Below are positions 1-10,900 of a stretch of 64,000 bases of DNA, piece after piece (the first letter of the stretch is position 1; each line of letters begins with the position of its first letter). The stretch is from Dicyema japonicum. Lineage: Eukaryota; Animalia; Dicyemida. The stretch is from assembly GCA_011109175.1 (NCBI GenBank), contig RDEW01000004.1, positions 1,140,030-1,204,029 on the forward strand. The letters are read 5' to 3'. Under the pieces are notes generated by a model. That model saw only the letters and a program-made list of their open reading frames with translations. It ran no database searches and had not been told where the DNA came from. The position numbers and the translations under genes were made by a program.

Positions 1-950
1 TAGTTGATGAAAAGGTTGTACTAATTGGTTTAGTAGGAATAATAATAGTAGTAATTGTTGAAGGGGTTGTACTTGTAGTAAGAGGAATAGTAGTAGTAAT
101 TGTAGAAGAGGCTCTATGGATGGTAGTACTGGTTGTTGATGGAGTTGTAGTATTTGTATAAGTAGGAATAGTAGAACTGGTTATTAAAGTAGTTGTCGTA
201 GTATTTATCGTTGTAGTGGGAGGAACAGTAGAATTTGTTATTAAAGGAGTTGTCGTAGTATTTATTGTTGTAGTGGGAGGTACAGTAGAATTTGTTATTA
301 AAGGAGTTGTCGTAGTGTTTATTGTTGTAGTGGGAGGTACAGTAGAATTTGTTATTAAAGGAGTTGTCGTAGTATTTATTGTTGTAGTGGGAGGAATAGT
401 AGAATTTGTTATTAAAGGAGTTGTCGTAGTATTTATCGTTGTAGTGGGAGGAACAGTAGAATTTGTTATTAAAGGAGTTGTCGTAGTATTTATAGTTGTA
501 GTGGGAGGAACAGTAGAATTTGTTATTAAAGGAGTTGTCGTAGTATTTATCGTTGTAGTGGGAGGAACAGTAGAATTTGTTATTAAAGGAGTTGTCGTAG
601 TGTTTATAGTTGTAGTGGAGGAAGTAGAATTAGTTGTGTAGTTATGTAGAGGAATAGAGGTTATTAAGTTGTCGTAGTGTTTAGTTGTAGTGGAAGGAAT
701 AGAAGTATTGTAGAGATGGGGTAGTAGTGGTTGTGTAGAAGTAGTAGTCGCAGTTGTTTTAGGTGTAGTAGTGGTTGTTGTAGTAGTCTTAGTAGTAGTC
801 ATTGTGGTCGTAGTTGTAGTATAATCGCTCTTACAATGATAGAAACAGTTAGTCATAACACAATTCGAACCTCCTTCAATTTCAATGGCCATCATTAATA
901 TAACCTAAATTTAGAATTTTGAAACTTACTCCAATATTTATCGCAAACAT
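1..950 (-). CDS. Secreted/surface Thr-rich mucin-like protein, paralog A (3' end runs off the window)
   Basis: ATG at 950; 25-nt GT-AG intron 905-929. Spliced product MFAINIG|VILMMAIEIEGGSNCVMTNCFYHCKSDYTTTT... has a signal-peptide-like start, a Cys motif, then Thr/Pro repeats open to position 1. Homologous to paralogs B and C. Confidence 0.8.
180..630 (-). repeat. 57-bp coding tandem repeat (~7-8 copies) encoding PPTTTINTTTTPLITNSTV
   Basis: Period of 57 is visible as a 3-nt shift per 60-nt line. Each unit carries two N-glycosylation sequons (NTT, NST). Confidence 0.9.
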
Positions 951-1189
951 TTGATGATTTGTCAGATTTATTTTTTTATTATTTTTTATGCTCGCCTTTA
1001 AAAATAGTATTTATTTTTTTATCATGTAAAAAATTAAATTAAAAATTTATCGATTATTGTTTTACTTATTTAATCAAAAAAACTAAAGTAACTGTGGACG
1101 CCTAATTGCCGCTTTTCTTTTCTTAATTTTAATGGCGATTCTTGTCCCCTAAATAAATACAACACAAAATAAAAAAGATGTTAAGCTTA

Positions 1190-1740
1190 ACTAGATATTC
1201 GATCCCGGTCTTCCTTACAATAAAAGAAATGAATTTCGATGGGCATACGACTGTTGTAATCACCGGTAATAAATTACATCATGGTGGAGAGGTGAAAGTC
1301 TGTGGAGTGAAAGAGATGAAAGAATGTTGGATTCAAAAAAGTTGACGTGGCATAAATCGCTTTAAAGGCTATTTTTTCCGAAATCTTTGATACCACCAAT
1401 ACGGAAATACATTGACGGGTAAGTTCAGATGCTTTGCAGTAAGTATTCTGATTACTGCATTATGCAGCAATTAGCTATTTTTGATTCCAAAGAGATAATA
1501 TATGTTGCTTTCGTGGAACAAAATATTGGAGTTAGAGCTTTCTAAGAGCACTCCTGAGTGTTGTTGTTCCAAAGATTATCTAAGGACTCGCTTATCTATG
1601 CTGTTGACATCTTCCATATATGAGTGGAGAGTGTTATAGGTATTTTTGTTTCCCTAGGCCATCTAGGCTCAATTTGGGGGTGAAGGATCTCTGGGAACGA
1701 CCTACCTTTGCGGCGTACATCTTTAGTGTTAATGAAGCCT
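1190..1740 (-). mobile_element. Heavily decayed 3' fragment of the Ingi/Vingi-like LINE
   Basis: Ends in ...GACCGGGATCG, resembling the ACCGGGATCAC 3' end of other copies. Only weak residual peptide similarity. Confidence 0.3.
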
Positions 1741-1862
1741 AGATAAAAATAATCTGATTTGAAACCGCACATTTAAGATTATAGTAGTATTTTCTGTTTC
1801 TCATTAATAAAATCCTTTTTTGTAAAATTAAAAAAAAAGTTTTGTAATGCCCCATTTAACTT

Positions 1863-2481
1863 TTATTGACTTTTTATCCTTGAAACAACCAACTGTTTTG
1901 ACTTTTTAACTGTGAACATGGTTATTCCAGCTAAAACAAATAAAAAGGCTAAAACACTCCATACTAAAATAAACATTCTACAATTAAATGAAAAATTCAC
2001 ATTTTATTGGCATCTAAATTTTAGTATAATTTCTACTTTTCGATATTCCGGGAGTTTTGCTACTTTTGAGTTTTGTAGTGAAACCTGAAAAAATCCTAGT
2101 TAAGGTTGTATTGATTGTTGATTGAGTGGTTGTAGTATTTGCCGTTGTAGTGCGAAGAATAGTAGTTATTGTAGTGGACGGTGTAGTCATTGTTGTTGGA
2201 GTAGTAGTGGTTGTAGTAGGAGGAATAGTGGTAGTCATTGTTGGAGTAGTAGTGGTTGTAGTAGGAAAAATAGTGGTAGTCATTGTTGTTGGAGTAGTAG
2301 TGGTTGTAGTAGGAGGAACAGTTGTAGTTGTTGTGGTCGTGGTTGTAGTATAATCGTTATGACAAGTATATAACAAGTATCCCATTGGCAATTACTCGAA
2401 CCTCCTTTAATTTCAATTGCCATCATTAAAAAAACCTAAAATTTGAATTTTTACATTTACCCCTATATTTATTGTAAACAT
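1863..2481 (-). CDS. Type I transmembrane mucin-like protein, paralog B
   Basis: ATG 2481; introns 2436-2460 (25 nt), 2014-2036 (23 nt) and 1978-2000 (23 nt) flank a 13-nt micro-exon (2001-2013). Spliced C-terminus NANKIMFILVWSVLAFLFVLAGITMFTVKK is TM-like. One -1 frameshift near 2375 in the Cys motif. Confidence 0.75.
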
Positions 2482-2847
2482 TAATAAATTTGTCAAATTT
2501 ATTATTATTATTTTTTCATGTTTGCCATTAAAAATATAATTTAATTGGTTATTATCTAAAAATAATAATAAATAATTGTCACAAGATATTGTAAAAACAC
2601 GGTTTTTTCGGAGACAGTAAACTTTTTTTTTAATTTTTTAAAACAAAATAAAATAAACTAAAGGTCATATAGCGGTCGCCTGACTGTTTGCCTATTCTTT
2701 CTCAGGATGGCAAGCGTGAGTCTCTCAAATTGCCAGCAGCCCTCACGAGGTTCTTATTTTTTATATAAATTATATAAATAAATTTATTTGTATAGCATAA
2801 ATTGTATTAATTTTTATTAAATAATTGTAAAAATTAATTAATTCTAA

Positions 2848-3279
2848 CGTGGTTATGGAAGTAGCCTTCTGGCTTAATGACATCAGATATAAAGTTTGTG
2901 GGTTTGAATCCGAAAGATTGAGTTTTCTGCGAAAATCAATTCTTGTCAAACAGATCCCACCCGTGAGGCGACGAGTCCTTCTGGCACGACACAGTTGTTA
3001 AAAGGGATCTTCCTACCTTTCTCCCTGACCAAACCCTCTGATGAAGATTGTATTATGAAAACTATTCCGCTAAAGAATGAAGTGATGTCCGCGACGGTAG
3101 GACGTGGGACAAAAATGGAAGAGGGCGGACCTACATCTCCACCTCTTTGGAAGCGGAAGCCTTTAATGAAGTATTAGAAGATGGATTTGGTGTTCTCCCA
3201 AAGGTCCTTTCATTGGATTAGTTAGTTATGACTGTTTGTGCTGGCTTACAATGGTAAGCCTGGGGTTAATAATAATAAT
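2848..3279 (+). mobile_element. tRNA-headed SINE, family S1 (full-length copy)
   Basis: B-box-like GGTTTGAATCC at 2901-2911. Body nearly identical to 46992-47332. Ends in hairpin GGCTTAC-AATG-GTAAGCC, then TGGGGTT(AAT)n. Confidence 0.75.
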
Positions 3280-3299
3280 GGTGATAAAAGTTCGGAAAT

Positions 3300-3400
3300 C
3301 ACCCCATTTTGTTAACTGCATACAACCAATACATTGAGCCATGTATTTCTTATGCATGCGCCATATGGGGTCTATTCATTTCCTGGACAACTTTTTTGAG
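3300..3400 (+). mobile_element. Short LINE ORF remnant
   Basis: YNQYIEPCISYACAIWG matches the post-RT motif in other copies (e.g. 24818-25039). Confidence 0.6.
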
Positions 3401-5078
3401 GTTACTCTTCCAATGGTGGTTTTTGTTAACTCTTCCAATGTCTGGAGATCAGCCGTTTTTTAACTTTCAAATTGGGTTCACTTTTCCAATACCACACAAG
3501 ACTATTAAACTTTCCGCATGTGCCAAGAGTAATAAGTTAGTGGTATCCAACCGGTGGACCTTGGACCGGTGCCGGTCTGTATCTGCAGTAAAATTGTCTA
3601 ACACTTACCGGTTTGCGACAACTAAAAGGTTGGGAACCACTGTGCTATGAAAACAAAGAAAAATCCGAGTTTATCTCTATTCGGAAAAAGTGGTTTGTCT
3701 TAATTGACATTAACAGAGCCAAATTTACGAACTTCAAATAAAAGTCCCCACCATAATACATGAAGAACTTTAAATTTCGACCATCACAAAAAATTGTAAC
3801 TCCATCATATGAGATTTTCTTGTTTTTGGATCCCATCAGTGGAACAGATGTCCTAATCCTAGCGACCATGCCTCCATATTAATCAACAAAAGTGAAAGCT
3901 TCCAACACTTGATTTTCCATTAGCTTCGCCTCCGTCACAGAGGCTTTCTATGTCTTTTCCTTAGGATCTGGCATTGGTTAGCAATATTTTCAGTCATTGT
4001 GTTACTTTCCTCTGTCATGGTTTATTTAGAACCAGAGCCAACGATTCAACTAAACCCAGTTTGGTATTCTATCACTCTTTACTAAGACCTCTTTTTATCA
4101 ACATGATAATTCAACCTCTTGAAGAGGACCAGTCCCCAGCTTAGAATTGATTCCAAAACTATAATTTAAATCTAATTTGAATTACTTTTTGAAATCTTCT
4201 GATTAGGTTCCTACGTGATCCCTAAGATTGATATCAAAAGGTCATTTTCACCTATTTTATTATCCCGTTGCCTTATGCAGAAAATTAATGACTTCAGAAG
4301 CTCTTCGTGTCAGAGTTTATTGCCCTTAATAATAGAAGAGTATAGCAAAATCCAGAAAAGCACATAGATGCATGAGATCGTCGGAAATTCGCCGAACGAT
4401 GTAGGGATGATATTTAGGGAGGCCGGGATCAACATTTTCATCCCAATGTCGACTGAGAGTATAAGAGTCCTCCTATTGTCAAAACGAACAGATCAGGTCT
4501 ATTAAAATTAATAATTATTCATCGACTCGGATCCCCGACTTATGCACCACAACAGATTGTATACATTCTCAGTTTCTCATATTTTTATTATAAACATTCG
4601 TATAACGTAAAATTATATGAAATTTCTCCAATTGCGTATAGACTTTCTCCAATATTTCTGAGATGACGTAGAAGGTAACTTAATCGAAGATTATCAATAT
4701 TTATTGCAGACGGTCTACAACTCCTTAGACTCATCTTATCCAAACAAAAACATTATCAACAAATCAGAGATATGAGTTTTGTCAGGCTCTCCGGTTAAGG
4801 AAAGGATTCGGAAGTCTAACAGTTCTTTAATGCCGAACATCCCTTGGTCCACTGAGCCTATTTATCATTGTTTTCTCTATTGAGTTCATTCTCGGGTAGT
4901 TCTAAAGGCAATGTTCCACCACGATAAGCAGAAACAATGGTGCTAATCGCCACAAGTCCTTGTATCCCTAAGTTCAATGGTAATAGTTTGTGCGCACAAA
5001 AATTAGAAATTAAATTTGAAGGATTACATGTTAGTTAATAATCAGTTAGTGAGTGTGTTAAGTTTAGTAATGCAACCC

Positions 5079-5624
5079 TCAAACTGCTATGGATTTTGTA
5101 GGAGTCTTGAAAAAGCCAACGATAAACTTTCCAATTGTGAATACGAATATTGAAGCGAGAACAACTAAAACGAGTATGAAAATCAGTAATGTATAAATCA
5201 TTCTAAGATTAAATGGAAATTCACTTTTTGTTAGATATTTCGACAGCTAAATTTTAATACAAATTATACCTTTCAATTTGTCCGGAGTTGGGATATTTTT
5301 GAAAATTGTAGCGAATCCGGAAAAAATCGTAGTTGGGGTAGTAGTGGTTGTTGTTGTCGTAGTAGTAGTTGTTGTAGTTGTGGTTGTGGAGGGAGTTGTT
5401 GTTGTAGTGGAAGGAGTTGTTGTGGTCCTTGTAGTAGGAGGAGTTGTTGTGGTCCTTTTAGTGGGAGGAATTGTCCTACGTGTGGTAGTTGGATCGTCTT
5501 TACAATGATAGAACAATCTCCCCATATGGCATCTATCACCTGAACCTCCTTTAATGTCAATTACCATCATTAATAAAATCTAAAATTGAATTTTGACATT
5601 TACCAATATATTCATTGTAAACAT
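5079..5624 (-). CDS. Type I transmembrane mucin-like protein, paralog C
   Basis: ATG 5624; introns 5580-5603 (24 nt), 5247-5269 (23 nt) and 5203-5224 (22 nt) flank a 22-nt micro-exon (5225-5246). Spliced C-terminus AVEISNKKMIYTLLIFILVLVVLASIFVFTIGK. A possible further 22-nt intron after the TM would move the stop to 5087. Confidence 0.8.
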
Positions 5625-8099
5625 TTTATTATTTTTCAGATTCTTTTTTTATTATTTTGTATGTTTGCCAATAAAAATATAATTTAATTAAATTAATATG
5701 TAGAAAAATAATTAAAATAAAAATATAATGATTAAAGTTTGATTCGACAATTTTTTGGAATATCCGAGATAAAAAAATTATCTTGTAAACAATAACTCTC
5801 AAGGTTGAAAGACTTAGTTTTTTTATTCAAGACTTGAATATAATCTCCCTAGTAACCATTCTAGAGTATATGAAGACATTTTGTGCCAAGTTATAAGAAT
5901 GCGTAGCACGAAGATAACCTAAGAAGTCAATGAGATGCCTATAATTCCACTGTTGAATGGAATTTAAAGTAAATTTGTTTTTAAACTCGCTAGCTTTTTG
6001 TATAATAATTGCCCAATTAACACTATTGAGAACATTCGAATTTAATAGATTACTAATTCCCTTGTTTCTACCAAGAAAGTCGGTATTTGCTTTATTTTGG
6101 CACGGCAAGATTGGAATCTAGATATTACCCATTCTATGCTCCCGTATTTTAAAACCTAAGGATTCCAATGTCCCCTATCAAAATGAAATTTCGTATCAGT
6201 CTCAAAGAAATAATTTTGATTTAGCTAAGTCATTGCAACAGAGTTACGTCACCAGCTTAACCTTTTGATTATTTAACCACTTGGCTAACTAATTTAGTGA
6301 TTCAGTATTTTCACATTTTATGTAATTTAATAATCGCCAATTGAATGTCTGGTTCACTTGCACATGCGACGAGGAATTCTTAAGTAATCTAAGTAATCGG
6401 ATTTCTACACAAAAAGAGATCCTCTCTAGTGCTGATGGCTATTTAAGCAAATCTAGCTCGCCATGCTGAGAGGGTTGCTGTATGACGTTTTTGTTTATTC
6501 CGTAATCTGTATATTAATAATTATTTAATATAATATTTATTTATTAATACAAAGTATTTTATTGAATATTTTCAAATAAATAGCGTGTACCATATGCGTA
6601 CGTGGGAGTCTGAATATGTCTTCAAGTATTGAAAATCTGACAACCTTAGTTTACGATGGAGTGATGTTGTTTTGGCTTCCTACTGTAAATATCCTAATCC
6701 ATTTTCCTCAGTGAATATAGCCTCGATTGACGTCTTGGAAAGCGAAGTTAAAGTTTCAAAGGGGATCCCTTTATTGAATCGACATCGATTCATAAACATG
6801 GCCTACAATATTCCGCGAATTTTAACTTCAGTGATTTCCCTCAACGTCGCCTTTATCCACGAAAAATCTGTTCTGGACATGAAAAATCAAGAATTTAGTA
6901 TGGTCTCTGAAAATGTAGTCACGTCAATTTATACTTAGGACAGGTGAATCTCCGCAGTGTTATCCATGTGCAAGAAAAAATGGTCTACAAACCCCACAAA
7001 ACTAATCCAGAACAGTGAACCCATGTGGTTATCTGATTTAGGACTATTTTGACTCAGATGGCCTCAGTGAGAATATCAGGAATTCCCTTTGCTTCATTTT
7101 TTGAAAAGTTTGTGGTGGACAATATCGAGAAAAATAGCTCCCTGGTATTGTTTATGCTTATTTTTAGGGGAGAAAGGCAATTAATTGGAAGGTTGAGAAT
7201 AGCCATGATTAGTTGAATTATATATTATTTTAATATTTGATGACATAATTATTTTGTTTTTAATTTTATATTAATAATCTAGAAATTTATAGATCTTTTA
7301 CTCACATGTAGCCATCGGTTTCCTTCACTTAAAGGATTGGGAGTAAGTGATCTGTTAGTTAGTGATTAGGCTGATTATTGGAGGGTTTACTTGCTTCCCC
7401 ACTGCATTCATATGTTCAAGCTATAATCTTCCCTTAAACCAAAGGACGTTTTTTTGTGTTTGATATAACCTGTGTTGATACATTGTCCTTAACGAATATG
7501 ATTTTATCTGTAATACTTATAACGGAGATTCTAGGCTTTGTTTTTTTATTACCTGTCAAAAAGAAATACCATACTTAACTATGGTCTATTTTCTATTAAA
7601 GACATTTAAATAATATTTTACAAGACCTAGTGTTGGTTCTTAGTCTCATAACAACATTATTAGTAGTTAAACACGTGGTTGTTAGTGTTGTCATTTAGTT
7701 TATTAGTTACTAGAATTATTGTCAATACTAATCATTAGGTCTTGAGTTTCCATAGATATTCTTTGAGTTTCAAATCGATTAATAGCGTACTTTAATTTAT
7801 ATATTCCAACACAAGGATTAACTGAATAAAATAACTACAATTAATACTTCTCCTCCACAATACTTTCCCCAAGTCTCTAAATAATCTTTTGATTTTGGAA
7901 AAAGAGTTGTTGCCTATGAAACTATAGGTTATAGTGAATACACAAATGTCTTAGTTCTGTTCATTCTAATATCATTCAGAAGAATGATGTTGGGGGATTA
8001 AATAATCAGAGATAGAAGACGCTTAAAATGATTAAGGATCGTGGGGAAATTCTATGTCCTACATGTGGTATTCTGGTTCTGACCAAATCCATTCTTAAT

Positions 8100-9030
8100 A
8101 TTATTATTAATAGCACTTTCGAAGAACCAAAAATGTAATTTATTTAATTAAGATTCCGCTTGTGTCGTATTTTTCTTCAGGTTATTTTTTTCCACAATTC
8201 TCTTGATTAACTTCCTCCATGCTCCGCGGTTACAGGCAGTTATTCCGAGCGTATCCAGATCATCTCCAGTTTTCAGCTTTCGTCCTACATTGGTCAGGTC
8301 CTTGTGTAGAACCTCTGGCAAATTTATGCGAGGTCTTCCACGGAACGAGGTATTCACTTCTGGGCAGAAATAGTTATCCATTGCTATTTTAGCAGGCGTC
8401 ATCTGGCTCATTCGAAGGATGTGACCAAACAGACGCCATCTTGATTCCAGGATATCCAGACTGAATGGTCTTGTATTACATACTTTGTATAGATTCTTGT
8501 TTGTAATTTTTTGGCCAGTTGATGCCAAGCAACAGTTGGCCAGTTTGCTTACGATGGAAGGCATCTAGTGTCCATTACCGCTTCTGAGACACCCAGGTTG
8601 CAGCGTTGTACATTAGGACTGGTTTCACGAAGGCATTGTATAGTCTCACACGTAATTGTGTGCTAATTTGTTTACGATGATTCCAGACTACTCCCATTTT
8701 TCTAAAGGCCGCGACGGCCAACATCTTCCTGTTAGTGATATCCTCAGCGTCTCCGAGCAACGACCCTAATTTTTTACAGTATCTCCATTTTTCATCAGTT
8801 CGGGTTAGTTCACGGCGTATGGTAGTTGTCTCCGTCTTTTCCGTATTGATTTTGATGAACCATTTTCTAACACAACTTCTTTGTGGGCTGGATGGTTTGG
8901 GGGATAGGAATTGGAGAGGGGTAATGTATACTCTTCTCATAAGACACGTCCTGGATATGCACTGTTGAGAGTTGCACTTCCTGCACAAGGTATCAAATAC
9001 CTTCTCATTTTGTCGGATAAGGTCTTCAAT
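8100..9030 (-). mobile_element. RTE-clade LINE, 5'-truncated 3' fragment
   Basis: KLGSLLG..., LYNAFVKPVLMYNAATW, RWRLFGHILRM, RGRPRINL motifs. Tail GAAAGTGCTATT(AAT)n. Confidence 0.85.
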
Positions 9031-9049
9031 TGATGATGGGAATAGTTTT

Positions 9050-9700
9050 TCTAGTTTCCCGAGATTACTAATAGTAGTGGCTGTTAAGGACTGATTTTCT
9101 GTTGTTCGTCCAGGACAGATTGATTGCCCATGACGCTGACAGATGGCTTAATGAATTGTTTGTACAAAAATTTCAAAGCTACCACCAAAAATAGATTGAT
9201 TATCCCTAGCTTTATTGAGCAGCTAAGGATAAATTGGTTGAGGGAAGTTAGGTGGATAGAAGTTGAATAACCCCTTCTGAATCCATGTTGCGAAAATAAA
9301 AAAGGAAGTGACGGGGTTATAAGATTAAGAATCAATTTTTCCAATAATTTTGAGTGTATAGTAAAGAGATTGGTCGAAATGATGCAAGATTGTCCTTTGG
9401 CTTCCCAGACTAAAGGATTGGGCGTATATAGGACAGTTTCCAAATAGTTGGAATTGTATTCATGTTTATTGAATTGTTGAAAACCACTGTGATTGCATCA
9501 TTCCCAATAAGTCCAAGGTGTTTTAGTAACAGGGATAGAATCAGGCCCACGTGAAAAGGAAAAATTCATCCTCTTCAAACCCTCACTGACATCTGAATGT
9601 GAGATAAAGTTAATCGGCTGTGTTCTCTTGGGTCTTATTGAGGATAAAGAAGACCCATCCATTTTCCTGAAAGTATTGTGGCTTAAACTGCTTAATATTT
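9050..9700 (-). mobile_element. Internally deleted Ingi/Vingi-like LINE derivative
   Basis: QHGFRRGYST RT motif jumps directly to LYKQFIKPSV. Long near-identical stretches and the same 3' junction as 53011-53960. Confidence 0.75.
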
Positions 9701-9879
9701 CATAAGTTTATTAAAACTGTTCTGATCCGTCTGTTGCCTTGTGTTGAAATTTCCTTTGGGCCAAATTGATTGAACTTTAATGTTTTTTAGCAACGAAATC
9801 ACGAGAAAAGATAAAAGTTATCGTCTATTCAAGAATAACGAATGTTTTTCAAAACTTTTCATGCCGTGTGACTTGCCTA

Positions 9880-10900
9880 CGTGGTGCCATCGCTCACTTG
9901 AAGTTTTGGAAAAAAGTCGCAAACTCCCTATCCCGCAACCATGGACGCGCGGATGGTGTCAAATCCTACTCCTTTCCTGTGGAGATGTTGAGGAAAATCC
10001 TGGACCAGATCTAGTCATATTACATATTAACATCAATGGTATCCGAACAAAAATTGCCGAACTACAACGCTTTCTCGTTAAAAAAAGTAAATATAGCTCT
10101 TTTCCAAAGACGACCAACCCCTAACAATCCGATATCCGTTTTCAGACGAGACAGGGGTCATGGAAAGGGAGGAGACCTTATTACGCTTATCAGGAAACAT
10201 ATAATGGGCAGAAATATTTCGGACAATATCCGCCAAGACGACACACTGGAACAACAACTCTGAGAATCTGCCTACTCTCTCCGATTGACAATTGTCAATA
10301 TGTACATACACCCTTCCCCGTCATGCCCAGGCGGCTACAACCCTGAACTCAAACGATTCACCAGGTTGGAAAACACGCTAATTGGCGGTGATTTAAATGC
10401 GAAGAGTTCAATTGTATGCTGACCAACAACTGGATCAATGGGGAAACCTCATATCCGACAGTATTGACGATCATTCCCAATAATCCAAGCAAAATAAATA
10501 AATGATCCAAGCAAACACACAAGGACTCCTTCCCGTCAAGGCGACTCCTCTACTTCACCCGACATTTTTTTTGCCGCTCCTCCTCTTGCAACTGTCATTT
10601 CATGGGATGTTATATACGACTTACATACCGACCATAACCCGATCTTCATGAGGATCTCACAAAAACATAAGTTAATGAGCACTCCGAGAACCAATGTGAA
10701 CTTCTCAAAGGCAATACGCCTTCATACATTTTATTGAACTACATCTTCAGGCCTTCCGGATAGATAACTTCGAATCTATCGACACTGCTGTCAAATACCT
10801 CAACGAGATTATACTCCGAGCTCGCAAAGATACATTCCGATGTCGTCCTCAACGTCCATCACACTCAATTGATGCTGAAACGCGAGATCTAATCAATTAA
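9880..10900 (+). mobile_element. 5' part of Ingi/Vingi-like LINE: 2A-like motif + decayed APE endonuclease
   Basis: ILLLSCGDVEENPGP (9963-10007) followed by ILHININGIRTK; later GGDLNAK and HTDHNPI APE motifs with frameshifts. Confidence 0.85.

Noticed and set aside
216-641. Val-rich plus-strand ORFs (also 2122-2373, 2126-2353, 5278-5508)
   Set aside because: Antisense shadows of ACN-rich mucin codons. The minus strand has the ATG, introns, signal peptide and paralogy.
2014-2016. UAG reassignment suggested by hydrophobic sequence beyond the mucin 'stops'
   Set aside because: These TAGs are intron acceptors; canonical GT-AG splicing explains the reading frame in both paralogs.
3039-3070. Hammerhead-like CTGATGA...GAAA in SINE S1
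   Set aside because: No stem II between the two motifs and no stem I/III partner with a correctly placed UH.
9885-9900. CGTGGTGCCA identical to part of the trypanosome ingi/L1Tc 77-nt signature
   Set aside because: Only 10 nt and in a different structural role (P1 5' strand here). The rest of this copy is too decayed to fold.
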